From: Candidatus Moraniibacteriota bacterium
GTDB taxonomy: Bacteria > Patescibacteriota > Minisyncoccia > Moranbacterales > UBA2206
NCBI GenBank assembly: GCA_030645735.1
Contig: JAUSNP010000006.1
Location: 260,824 to 324,823, forward strand
DNA: 64,000 nucleotides
Reading direction: 5' to 3'
Shown here: positions 27,909 through 37,765 of the stretch, piece by piece
How positions within the stretch are numbered: the first letter of the stretch is position 1
Layout of the letters: each line of letters opens with the position of its first letter
Notes under the pieces: model-generated
The model's database searches: none
Seen by the model: the letters and a program-made list of their open reading frames with translations, nothing else
Told to the model about the DNA's origin: nothing
Program-made: the position numbers and the translations under genes

Positions 27909-29018
27909 TTAAAAATTACCTCTACCCATTCCCAACACCGCGATAATCACTCCAATCATCGCTGTCACCATCGTGAAAATCCAAGCGCGCATTGTGACTT
28001 TTGTTTCTGGCCAGCCCAAGGCTTCAAAGTGATGATGAATTGGCGCTGCCAAAAAAACTTTGCGCTTGAAAAATTTTTTCGAAGTCAACTGGATAACTAC
28101 TGATCCAGATTCAATGATATAGATGAAAACTATGACAAACAAAGCAATAGCAGAATTGGTCAGCATCGCTACTACACCTAATGTCGTTCCTAACGCGATT
28201 GCTCCTGTGTCGCCCATAAAAAATCTGGCTGGATGAATATTGAACCACAGAAAGGCCAAGAGGGCACCCGCAATGGCCGCACAGAAAGCCGCTAAATTCA
28301 TTTTGTTATGAAAAAAAGAAATGAACGCGAATGAACTAAAGGCAATTGAAAGCACTCCCGCATTAAGACCATCTAGACCATCAGTTTCATTAGATGAGAT
28401 AGCTGAAAAAAGAATCACAAAAATAAACAGCGGGATGTACCACCAGCCAATCTCAAAATTGCCCATAGCTGGGATATGAATTGAATTCCAATTTAATTTG
28501 AAATAAAACCACCAAGCCCCCAAAGCGGCAATCAGAATCAACCAACCAAATCGCATGATGAAACGCATACCACCACCTTTATTGCTTCCAATTCCCCGAA
28601 TACTCATCCAATCATCAAACAGCCCAAGAATTCCCGCCGTCACCAAGGTAAAAAGTGGTAGCCAGGTTTGAGAGCGGCTCAGAAAATCCAATCGTGCGAT
28701 AAAATTTGTGTTAGTCCACTTAGCAATAATTGGGAACAAATAATGTGAAAGAAAAATCATAATCAGAACTACCACCCAAATCAAAATTCCGCCCATCGTT
28801 GGCGTGCCACTTTTGTTTTTGTGTAACTCATTAACGAAGGTTAATTTTTCACCATCAACTGAATTTTGTTTGATTTTGATGCCAATTTTATACTTATATA
28901 AAAAATGCGTCATCACTGGCGCTAACAAAAAAGCCACGACAAAAGCGGTGAAGCCTGTCACTAAAACTTTTAAAATATCCACTACCACCGGAATTTGTTG
29001 TATTTGCGCAAAGCCCAT
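27909..29018 (-). CDS. mraY: Phospho-N-acetylmuramoyl-pentapeptide transferase
   Basis: 369 aa polytopic membrane protein. MGGILIW, DGLDGL, HHHFE motifs. Confidence 0.85.
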   Translation of the reverse strand: MGFAQIQQIPVVVDILKVLVTGFTAFVVAFLLAPVMTHFLYKYKIGIKIKQNSVDGEKLTFVNELHKNKSGTPTMGGILIWVVVLIMIFLSHYLFPIIAKWTNTNFIARLDFLSRSQTWLPLFTLVTAGILGLFDDWMSIRGIGSNKGGGMRFIMRFGWLILIAALGAWWFYFKLNWNSIHIPAMGNFEIGWWYIPLFIFVILFSAISSNETDGLDGLNAGVLSIAFSSFAFISFFHNKMNLAAFCAAIAGALLAFLWFNIHPARFFMGDTGAIALGTTLGVVAMLTNSAIALFVIVFIYIIESGSVVIQLTSKKFFKRKVFLAAPIHHHFEALGWPETKVTMRAWIFTMVTAMIGVIIAVLGMGRGNF

Positions 29019-29038
29019 AAATATATTTTGTTAAAATA

Positions 29039-30088
29039 TTATTGCCATTTATAATTTTCAAAAACCCAATTGACCAGTGTCCGCATGTCATCCCAGCGCT
29101 GTTCATCATTCAGGAGAACAGAAATTATTTTATGTTTGCCAGTAGGATCTTCTGCTCCAAGCATCAATGATTTGCCTGCCATGGGCGTGAAACCAGTTTT
29201 TCCTCCCACACAACCTGGCAATGTTTCCAAAAGCATATCAGTGTTTTTCAACTCGTGCATATATTTCCCATCCGTTGAATAAAACTTTCCGTCTGGAATT
29301 TTCATAATGTCCCAAATCTTATTATATTTTAAGGAATAAGCAGAAATCCTAGCTAAATCATAGGCGCTGGAATAGCATTGATCTTCTTCACCATCAATTT
29401 CCAGGCCAGAGGGGGTGCAAAAATGCGTATCTTTGAGACCCATATCCTTAACTTTGTCATTCATCATTTCAACAAATTTTTTCGGACTGCCAGCAATGTG
29501 TGTTGCCAAAGCCGTGGCCGCATCATTGGCGCTGTTCATCAGCATCGCTTTCATCAAATCAATGGCACGAACTTTTTCACCCACATACATCCGATTTGCA
29601 TTGCAAAAAATACTAGTTGGACATCCCACGATTGTACCAACCACATTCAAATCTTCCTTCGTCAAAATCACTTCTTCATCTAAATTTTTGATATTTTCCA
29701 TTGCCAAAATAGCTGTCATCATTTTTGTGAGCGATGCGATTTGTGTTCTTTTGCGACCATTGTCATAGTGAATAACCGTTCCAGTGTCCACATCAATCAC
29801 CACTGAAGATCCAGCCCAAACTTTGAGATCAACCACATTTTTTTTGCGTATCGGAAAAAGCCCTGAAGCCATGGCTGAGTTAATTGGAAAAATGCTGTGA
29901 TTTTCAATGTCTTTTGACTCAAAAGGAACTGGATTTTCTGCCACCGCTGGCAATCCACAAACATCTGCCGTCTGACAAGATGCCTCCACAACAGCCTCAT
30001 GACTGCTAGAAAAATTTCCAGCCAAATCACCATAGAACCAAAGAGGCGCAAATGGCATTATTAAAAATGTGATGACTAAATTCAACAT
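29039..30088 (-). CDS. D-alanyl-D-alanine carboxypeptidase (PBP5/6-type, S11)
   Basis: SLTK (SxxK), SANDAA (SxN), KTGFT (KTG) motifs. N-terminal hydrophobic signal. Confidence 0.8.
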   Translation of the reverse strand: MLNLVITFLIMPFAPLWFYGDLAGNFSSSHEAVVEASCQTADVCGLPAVAENPVPFESKDIENHSIFPINSAMASGLFPIRKKNVVDLKVWAGSSVVIDVDTGTVIHYDNGRKRTQIASLTKMMTAILAMENIKNLDEEVILTKEDLNVVGTIVGCPTSIFCNANRMYVGEKVRAIDLMKAMLMNSANDAATALATHIAGSPKKFVEMMNDKVKDMGLKDTHFCTPSGLEIDGEEDQCYSSAYDLARISAYSLKYNKIWDIMKIPDGKFYSTDGKYMHELKNTDMLLETLPGCVGGKTGFTPMAGKSLMLGAEDPTGKHKIISVLLNDEQRWDDMRTLVNWVFENYKWQ

Positions 30089-30691
30089 CTATTCTTTATT
30101 ATCCAGAACTTCCTGCCCGCTAACCGGCGCAGACTCTGGGATATGATTAGATCCGATTATACTATCAATTCTATCATCCTTAGAAAGAGTTTCATAGTCC
30201 GGCAATTTATCAATGCTTTCAATGCCTAATTTTTTCAAAAAATCGAAAGAAATTTTATACAAATAGCCTCGATTATCCTTGGGATTTTCAATTCGCTCCA
30301 AAAGTCCCCGCATCATCAGTGAGCGCACTGTAAAACTGCAATTTACGCCACGGATAGCCTCAACTTCCACGCGCGTAATCGGTCCGCGATAAGCAATAAT
30401 TGAAAGCACCTCCAGCCCTGCTCGGCTCAAATTTTCTTGAATTTCACTTTTTACCAATTGATCAATCAGTTGAGCATTTTCAGGATCAGTCGCCATTTGG
30501 ACTTCTTGCTCTTTACGCAAAATCACAATACCCCGTTTGCCACCGACATATTCGTCTTTTAGAATTTCCAAAACCGCTTCAATCTCAGGCACCGTCGAAT
30601 CAGTCACCTTGGCAATTTTCACCAAACTCACTGGTTCACCACTGACAAACAAAATGCTTTCAATCGCTGATTTTAATTTTGCATTCTCCAT
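30089..30691 (-). CDS. scpB: Segregation and condensation protein B
   Basis: 200 aa with tandem winged-helix domains. Adjacent to scpA. Confidence 0.8.
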   Translation of the reverse strand: MENAKLKSAIESILFVSGEPVSLVKIAKVTDSTVPEIEAVLEILKDEYVGGKRGIVILRKEQEVQMATDPENAQLIDQLVKSEIQENLSRAGLEVLSIIAYRGPITRVEVEAIRGVNCSFTVRSLMMRGLLERIENPKDNRGYLYKISFDFLKKLGIESIDKLPDYETLSKDDRIDSIIGSNHIPESAPVSGQEVLDNKE

Positions 30692-30695
30692 AATT

Positions 30696-31406
30696 TTAAA
30701 TTGATGTTTTATTTTTTAACATTATTTCATGAAATAAATCTCCTTGCTCAACATCCACAATTCTTTGTTTAACCATTTCTAGCATTGCCAAGAAAGACAA
30801 TATGACATCAATTTTATTTTCGGCTCCACTTGTCAATTCAGTAAAGGACATTTCCACGCGTTGGCGCAAAGTGTTTTGCAAATCATTGATTCGTTCTTCT
30901 AGGGTGATGACTTCTTGCACCACTTCTTCATCCAGTTTTTCAATAATCGGAATCTCATTTAGAACCAACAGGAAATATTTCTTGAAATCATACACATTCA
31001 AATCTTCTGGCGGATAGAAAAGCGCTTGCACACCTGCAAAGCCGGCTCGGTCATAACTAATTCTGCCAGCTTCGGCCATCCTGCCCAAAACCATTGAAGC
31101 GTCTTTGAATTTTTTGTATTCTTCCAATTGCTTGGCCAAATCCTTGATTTCTTCTTCCTCCTCCTCAGTGAATGTCAAAAGTGGCAACAGCGCGCGCGAC
31201 TTGATCAAAATCAGCTTGGCCGCGATAGACAAAAATTCAGCCAAATGACCCAGTTTGATATTCGTATCTCCCTTGATGTATTCCAAATATTGGTCTGTCA
31301 CATGCGCCAAACTCAATTCAGTGATGTTGAGCTTTTCTTTCTCAATCAACTCCAAAAGCAAATCCATTGGACCCTCAAATTTATCTGTTTTTATGTTATA
31401 TATCAT
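30696..31406 (-). CDS. scpA: Segregation and condensation protein A
   Basis: 236 aa, FEGPMDLLLELI N-terminus. Confidence 0.8.
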   Translation of the reverse strand: MIYNIKTDKFEGPMDLLLELIEKEKLNITELSLAHVTDQYLEYIKGDTNIKLGHLAEFLSIAAKLILIKSRALLPLLTFTEEEEEEIKDLAKQLEEYKKFKDASMVLGRMAEAGRISYDRAGFAGVQALFYPPEDLNVYDFKKYFLLVLNEIPIIEKLDEEVVQEVITLEERINDLQNTLRQRVEMSFTELTSGAENKIDVILSFLAMLEMVKQRIVDVEQGDLFHEIMLKNKTSI

Positions 31407-31542
31407 ATTGGGGTAATTTTAGCCGTTCACAGCCTTTTTTGAGCGTTTGAATCACTCTAATATCATACCATTTAGTCGGTTTTTTTTCAAATAAAAACAG
31501 CGCCCTAATTTCAGGCCCTGCTCTCAACGCAAAGCATCGCCC

Positions 31543-32742
31543 CTATCCCTTCACGAGATCATTTTCACAGCCATTATCTACCAATTTGAAAGCCGGATAC
31601 AGAGCTGACAAAACCACTAGGCCAGTGAAAATGAAAGCAAATTTGATTGGCAGAAAGAAAAGAATAAACGACGAAAAGGTGGTAGCGGCGATATAGGCCA
31701 CTGGCAAAGAGGTGCGAAAGAAATTAATGATGTCCACATCGAAAGCGTCCACTTTCTTGAAAAAATAGGAATCGCGTAAAATTTCAATCAACGACGCACC
31801 GATTCTAGTGACAAACAAAACAACTGCCCACACAACCACACTGCCCGAACCAATGAAATAGATTGCAATGGTTGAAATAGCCATCGTAAAAATTGCGAAG
31901 AGCAAAAACTCTTTTTCACCGAATTTTTTGTCTGCCAAGACACCCATAGGATATTGCAACAGCACAAATGGCGCCAGCATGATGGTGAAAATCAAACCGA
32001 TACTTTCCCACGAATAACCCAAATCACGCAGATAGATTGGAGTGTAGATGGTCATCAAAGCATAAAAAAATTCCAATACAAAAGAAACATAATAAATTCT
32101 CATAATATCCTTTTTAGCTAAAACTTTTCTAATTACATCTAGAACTTTTAATTTCTGTTCAAACCTATGGTTGATGTTCCTAAAGCCCAACAGACCAAAA
32201 ATAAGCACGAAGCAATTGAAAATCAGAGCGAAAACAAAAATTCCCTCAAAACCAATTTTATCCAAAACATACACTGAGGCAAACGGTCCAAACCAAAAAC
32301 CCGCGTTGAGAATTGTGAGATGCAGCCCGCGAATCCGACCTGATTTGTTGTCCACCGAAAAACTTTCCACAATCACATCCAACGCTACCCATTCAATATG
32401 CCCCATAATAATATACAGCATCAACAGCAAAACGCCTGACAATGATGGATTAGTAAAAATCAGAACGGTTGAAATAATAATATTAAGCAACACGGAGAAA
32501 TAAAAAACATTCGACTTGCCCAGGAGCCGCACCAATTTGTGCAAATTCAACAAAATAAGCAAGAAAATCAAATACGAAACGCCATAAAAAATTCCGACAC
32601 TTTCTGTGCCAGTCGCTAATTTAAAATACGAAGACATGACATAGACCAATACAGCTTGTGAAAAGCCCATCAAAAAAGTCACAAAACTCGATAACCGCAA
32701 CCTGTTTTCGTCCAAATTTTCTTTGTGTTTATTTTTTAGCAT
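31543..32742 (-). CDS. MFS-type transporter
   Basis: 399 aa, about 12 predicted transmembrane helices. Confidence 0.6.
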   Translation of the reverse strand: MLKNKHKENLDENRLRLSSFVTFLMGFSQAVLVYVMSSYFKLATGTESVGIFYGVSYLIFLLILLNLHKLVRLLGKSNVFYFSVLLNIIISTVLIFTNPSLSGVLLLMLYIIMGHIEWVALDVIVESFSVDNKSGRIRGLHLTILNAGFWFGPFASVYVLDKIGFEGIFVFALIFNCFVLIFGLLGFRNINHRFEQKLKVLDVIRKVLAKKDIMRIYYVSFVLEFFYALMTIYTPIYLRDLGYSWESIGLIFTIMLAPFVLLQYPMGVLADKKFGEKEFLLFAIFTMAISTIAIYFIGSGSVVVWAVVLFVTRIGASLIEILRDSYFFKKVDAFDVDIINFFRTSLPVAYIAATTFSSFILFFLPIKFAFIFTGLVVLSALYPAFKLVDNGCENDLVKG

Positions 32743-32802
32743 CGTTTGTTTTTATTTTAAATTAAAAAGTTGAGGCGATTTTTATTTCGCCTCAAATATT
32801 TA

Positions 32803-34122
32803 TTATGGTGTCAATCTTTTCACATCGCGCGGAAATAGAATTGCTTCCTTGATACTGCCAAGCCCAAGAATTTTTTGCACAATTCGTTCTGATCCAAGTC
32901 CCCAACCGCCATGTGGAGGAATACCATATTTGAAAATATCCAAATAATGTTTGAAATCTTCTGGATTCAATTTATGTTTTTGCATGCTAGCCACCAATTG
33001 ATTGTAGTCATGAATTCGCTGACCGCCACTGGCAATTTCCACACCCATAAACAGAAGATCGAAGGTTTCCGTATACTGTGGGTCAGCGCTAGGCATCGAA
33101 TAGAATGGACGAATACTGGTCGGGTAGTGTGTCAAGAAAACAAAATCGCAATTATGATTCTTCTTAACCCAATCACAAATCATTCGCTCGCCTTCGGCAT
33201 CGATATCAACTTCTTCCATTTTTTTGCCATATTCTTTATCTAAAATATCCAGAGCTTCTGTTAATTTCATTCGCGGAATTTTTTCTACCGGTAGAATCTG
33301 CGCCTCATATTTTTCCAAATCAGCCTGACAATTTTTGGCAATTGACGCCATCACAAGTATCATTATTTTTTCCAATTGAGCCATCACGTCCTCAAAACTA
33401 TCCACAAAAGCCATCTCGCCGTCCAAACCGATAAATTCATTCACATGACGAGTCGTGAAATGCGGTTCCGCACGGAAAAGCGGTCCGATTTCAAAAACCC
33501 TTTCAAACACGCCTGCCATAGCTTGTTTATAAAATTGCGGACTTTGTGCTAAAAAGGCATCTTGTTCAAAATATTTTATTTTGAAAAAGTTTGCTCCGCC
33601 TTCCGTAGCCGCGTTCAAAATTTTCGGGGTTTTTATTTCCGTAAATCCTGCTTGATTCATAACTTCAGCATAGCTACGCAAAAGCTCAGAATAGATTCGG
33701 AAGATTGATTTTATCTTGTCATTGCGCAGAGCAATAGTTCGATTATCTAAGAGTGTGTCTAAATTCAAATTCAAATCCTCAGTTGACACATCAATTGGCA
33801 ATTCCACTTCAGGCTTAGAAATTATGTTCAATTTTTCTACTTCAATTTCCACGCCACCAGTAGGAAGTTTTTCATTTTTTGCTCCACCCGGACGTGCTTT
33901 CACCAATCCCTCAACTTCAATAATATATTCACCACGAATTTCTTTGGCCGCTTTGTGTGCTTCTTCTTTATCCGGAATAATCACCATCTGAATCTTGCCG
34001 CTGCGGTCGCGCAAATCGATAAAAATCAGTTTGCCATGATCGCGCCTGATATTGACCCAGCCTTGCAATTTTACAACCTGACCTATGAGTCCAGGCGTTT
34101 CACCAATCATCGTTCGTTCCAT
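32803..34122 (-). CDS. aspS: Aspartate--tRNA ligase, archaeal/eukaryotic type (probably non-discriminating Asp/Asn)
   Basis: 439 aa. Anticodon-binding OB-fold, class IIb motifs FRAEPHFTTRHVNEF and GGWGLGSERIVQ, and the AspRS-specific QSPQ loop (LAQSPQFYKQ). Confidence 0.8.
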   Translation of the reverse strand: MERTMIGETPGLIGQVVKLQGWVNIRRDHGKLIFIDLRDRSGKIQMVIIPDKEEAHKAAKEIRGEYIIEVEGLVKARPGGAKNEKLPTGGVEIEVEKLNIISKPEVELPIDVSTEDLNLNLDTLLDNRTIALRNDKIKSIFRIYSELLRSYAEVMNQAGFTEIKTPKILNAATEGGANFFKIKYFEQDAFLAQSPQFYKQAMAGVFERVFEIGPLFRAEPHFTTRHVNEFIGLDGEMAFVDSFEDVMAQLEKIMILVMASIAKNCQADLEKYEAQILPVEKIPRMKLTEALDILDKEYGKKMEEVDIDAEGERMICDWVKKNHNCDFVFLTHYPTSIRPFYSMPSADPQYTETFDLLFMGVEIASGGQRIHDYNQLVASMQKHKLNPEDFKHYLDIFKYGIPPHGGWGLGSERIVQKILGLGSIKEAILFPRDVKRLTP

Positions 34123-34146
34123 ATTTTCAATTTACTTTTTTTAAAA

Positions 34147-34956
34147 TTATTTATTCAAAATTCTGCTGACTTCTTTGCTCAATTCGTTGGGGGTGATTTG
34201 AGTTTTAATGAAAAAACTTTCTATGCCCATTTCCTTGACTCTTTTTATCACATCGCCTTCCACGGAGGCTGACAGCACAATGATTGGAATATTCTTTGTT
34301 TGATCTTCCATTTTAAGTTTAGTAATCATCTCTTCGCCTGTCATGGCCGGCATAATCATATCTATCACAAAAAGATCGAATTTGTCGCGCAAAGCTTCTT
34401 TCACTCCCCAAGCGCCATTGGTGGCCGACTCGACTGCGAAACCATCTTGCCGCAACTTTTCTCCAAACATTTCAATAAAAATCTCTTCATCTTCTATGAT
34501 TAGAATTTTTTTCTTGTCAGCATCATTCTGAACATTGCTCGACTCTGCCAAAGCAGTCGCCCTGCTTTCATTTTTCTGTTGCTCCTGAAATTGTCCCATC
34601 AATCTTTGAATCTCTTTCACTAGCTCACTTGGACTATGTTCAGACTTGGCTACAAAACCATTAGCTCCCAAAGCGATAGCTTTGTCTCGATCCTCCTTCT
34701 GGCTCAAATTGCTCGTCACAATAATTCTGATGTTTGGATCAAACTCGCCATTGCGCAAACTTTCAATCACTTGAAAACCATCCATTTTCGGCATAATCAA
34801 GTCTGTCATCACCACATCCACTTTTTCAGTTCGCGCCACATTCAAAGCTTGCTCGCCATTTGTCACGGCAAAAACCTCAAAACCTGAATCAGTGAACTTC
34901 TTGTTATAGATCTCCGAAATCATCGGATCATCTTCGACTATAATAATTTTAGTCAT
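34147..34956 (-). CDS. Response regulator with two tandem receiver (REC) domains and no output domain
   Basis: Two CheY-like units (DLIMPKMDG and DMIMPAMTG) joined by a Gln-rich linker. Confidence 0.7.
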   Translation of the reverse strand: MTKIIIVEDDPMISEIYNKKFTDSGFEVFAVTNGEQALNVARTEKVDVVMTDLIMPKMDGFQVIESLRNGEFDPNIRIIVTSNLSQKEDRDKAIALGANGFVAKSEHSPSELVKEIQRLMGQFQEQQKNESRATALAESSNVQNDADKKKILIIEDEEIFIEMFGEKLRQDGFAVESATNGAWGVKEALRDKFDLFVIDMIMPAMTGEEMITKLKMEDQTKNIPIIVLSASVEGDVIKRVKEMGIESFFIKTQITPNELSKEVSRILNK

Positions 34957-35013
34957 AATGCCAATACTTTTTTATATTTAACTATCCCTTATTATATAGG
35001 CAATTCAACATTT

Positions 35014-35871
35014 TTACAACTTTTCAATCCGAGCTAGCACGCCTTCAATGATCCAGTCTGGTGTCGAAGCCCCCGCCGTCACCGCCACCTTTTCCAAACC
35101 AGAAAACCACTCGTCCGTCAAATCTTCAGCTCTCTCAATGAAGATTGTTTTGGGATTCACACTCGTGGCGATTTCAAACAAGCGATTGGAGTTGGCGCTG
35201 TCCGGTGAACCGATCACCACCACGCCATCATTGTCCCGCGCCAAATTCTTGATTTCGTCTTGTCTTTGATCAGTGGCCAAACAAATCGTGTCCAGACTTT
35301 CCGCATTGGGATATTTAGCCTTCAAAAACTCCACCACTTCTTTCACAAAATCCTTGCTCTGCGTGGTTTGAGTGAGCACCACAACCTTTTCCAAACCGCT
35401 CAAATCCAAATTGCGCAATTCTTCTTGATTAGAAACCAGCAAAGCTTTCTCTCCGCCCCACTCAAAAATGCTTTTCACTTCTTTATGATCCCTGTCTCCG
35501 ACCAAGATGATGGTATAGCCTCGATTGAAATAGACCTGCGCCAAACGTTGCACCTTGATCACACGTGGACAAGTCGTGTCAATGATTTCAATGCCTTTCA
35601 CTTTGGCAATCTCATAAATTTTCGGCCCCGCCCCATGCGCGGTGATTATCAATGTGCCGATTTCTCCAGCCTTGGAATCCAGAAAAGTTTGCATATCGAT
35701 TTTCGCAATGCCTTTCTCCTCTATTTTATTCACCACATCCTGATTGTGCACCAAAGACCCCAAAACAAAAACTGGCTTTTTGATCTTTTCCGAATCAATA
35801 TTCTGCACAATCTCAAATGCCCTCCGCACTCCATCGCAAAACCCCGCAAATTGACTCAGTGTGATTTTCAT
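35014..35871 (-). CDS. ispH: 4-hydroxy-3-methylbut-2-enyl diphosphate reductase
   Basis: 285 aa. FCDGVRRA and ITAHG motifs. Three conserved Cys. Confidence 0.85.
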   Translation of the reverse strand: MKITLSQFAGFCDGVRRAFEIVQNIDSEKIKKPVFVLGSLVHNQDVVNKIEEKGIAKIDMQTFLDSKAGEIGTLIITAHGAGPKIYEIAKVKGIEIIDTTCPRVIKVQRLAQVYFNRGYTIILVGDRDHKEVKSIFEWGGEKALLVSNQEELRNLDLSGLEKVVVLTQTTQSKDFVKEVVEFLKAKYPNAESLDTICLATDQRQDEIKNLARDNDGVVVIGSPDSANSNRLFEIATSVNPKTIFIERAEDLTDEWFSGLEKVAVTAGASTPDWIIEGVLARIEKL

Positions 35872-35898
35872 AAAATTTACAAAGATTAAAAATTATTT

Positions 35899-37707
35899 TT
35901 AATCAACATCTCCGACTTGCTGCAATTGTAACAATTTTTGGTAGAGTCCGCCATCGGATTTGGCCAGTTCGAAGTGGCTGCCGAATTCGATGACACGGCC
36001 TTTTTCTAGGACGATGATTTTGTCAGCTTTTTTGATGGTGCTCAAGCGATGCGCGATCAAAATCACGGTGCGATTTTTGGAAATTTTGTCCATGGCGTCT
36101 TGAATGAGTTTTTCACTTTGCGAATCCAAATTGCTGGTGGCTTCATCAAAAATTAAGATGCGCGGATTGGCCAAAATGGCGCGTGCGATGCCGATTCTTT
36201 GCCGTTGTCCGCCAGACAATTTGATGCCACGCTCACCAGCCATCGTGTCATAGCCATCTGCAAATTGAGAAATGAATTCTTCGGCATTAGCCACCCGCGC
36301 CGCCGCTTGAATTTCTTGGAAAGTCGCGTTGGGTCTGGCATAACTAATATTATCTTTCAAGGACGCGCTGAAAATTTCCACGTCTTGCGGCACAATCGCC
36401 AAAAATTTGCGGAAACCTTGCAAATCATATTCTTTGATATTCTTTCCGTCCAACAACACTTCGCCCTTGTTGGCATCATAGTGGCGATAGATCATGCGCA
36501 CCACCGTGGTTTTGCCGCCGCCCGATGGTCCGACCAAAGCTGTCACGCAATCTTCCTGGATTTTGAAACTGACTTTGTCCAAAGCTTTCAAGGCGTTGTC
36601 TTTGTAGGCGAATTCAACATCTCTGAATTCAATTTCTCCCCGCAAATTTTTTGGCTTCAAACCATTGGCTGGATTTTCAATGTCAGATTTTTCCAAAGAC
36701 AAAAAATATAATCGATCCACAGCTTCAGCACTTTCCATAATGCGATCATATAATCGAGAAATTCGATAGAGTGACAACAAAGCCTTTTCTGAAATCGTGT
36801 AAACAAAAACCATTGTTCCAATTGTGATCATGCCATGATAAATCAAATACATGCCGGAAATTATGATCAAAACCCGACCAGAATCAATTACAAAATTTCT
36901 TTTCAAATTTTGTTTAATAATTTTCCAAAATTCAAATAGAACTTGTACGCGTATCTTTTCTCTAATTTTACTGAATATATTTATTTCCCGATCTTCCTGT
37001 ACAAATGACTTTACGGCATTGATGTTGATGATAGCTTGAGTCATCATGCCCGAAGCCTCTTCCTCTATGCCAAAGCGCGCTTTGCGATATGGATAAACAT
37101 CCTTATTAATCGCAATTGTCAGATAAATAAATACGGTCGCAAAAACCAAAACTATCAAACCAAAATACCAACTGATAAAAAACAATATTCCTACCGTGAA
37201 GAAAAGCTGCATACTAGATGGTGCCACATCCCAAAAAAAGTTTCCCATCAATTCATTGATCTTATTCGCCCCTCGCTGGATTTTGATTATCTTATTACCA
37301 GTATTTTCTTTTTCATGATAACCCAAACCCAAAGAAACCATCTTAGTAAATGCATTAACATAAAGATAAACTTCGGATTCAGTCAGAATCCTAAAAATCC
37401 TTCGATCTTGTAAATACGCCAGAATTGAAGTTGTCTGGTTAGCCAAAAACATTGCGACAATGAAAATCAAAAGTTGTTTTATTTCAATCCCAGCTGTTGA
37501 AAAAGTTGTGATCAAGTCAATGATTAGCTTCAAGAAATATGGCCCCACCAAACGCATTGACTCAAGACAAAAAGTCACTACAAACAAACGCAAAATCTGC
37601 TTACGTGAAGGCTTCAATAAAATCCAAAGGCGCACCCAAAATCCATTGATATTGGGTTTTTTAACTTTTTTTATTTCAATTTTTTCCTTTTCTGCTTTTT
37701 TACTCAT
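35899..37707 (-). CDS. ABC transporter, fused permease/ATP-binding exporter (MsbA-like)
   Basis: 602 aa. Six-TM domain plus nucleotide-binding domain (GPSGGGKTT, LSGGQRQRIGIARAIL). Confidence 0.85.
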   Translation of the reverse strand: MSKKAEKEKIEIKKVKKPNINGFWVRLWILLKPSRKQILRLFVVTFCLESMRLVGPYFLKLIIDLITTFSTAGIEIKQLLIFIVAMFLANQTTSILAYLQDRRIFRILTESEVYLYVNAFTKMVSLGLGYHEKENTGNKIIKIQRGANKINELMGNFFWDVAPSSMQLFFTVGILFFISWYFGLIVLVFATVFIYLTIAINKDVYPYRKARFGIEEEASGMMTQAIININAVKSFVQEDREINIFSKIREKIRVQVLFEFWKIIKQNLKRNFVIDSGRVLIIISGMYLIYHGMITIGTMVFVYTISEKALLSLYRISRLYDRIMESAEAVDRLYFLSLEKSDIENPANGLKPKNLRGEIEFRDVEFAYKDNALKALDKVSFKIQEDCVTALVGPSGGGKTTVVRMIYRHYDANKGEVLLDGKNIKEYDLQGFRKFLAIVPQDVEIFSASLKDNISYARPNATFQEIQAAARVANAEEFISQFADGYDTMAGERGIKLSGGQRQRIGIARAILANPRILIFDEATSNLDSQSEKLIQDAMDKISKNRTVILIAHRLSTIKKADKIIVLEKGRVIEFGSHFELAKSDGGLYQKLLQLQQVGDVD

Positions 37708-37765
37708 ACTATTACTATAACGAATTACCGCTCCGTTTTAGCGGAGCGGTAATACTTGTCTCGGA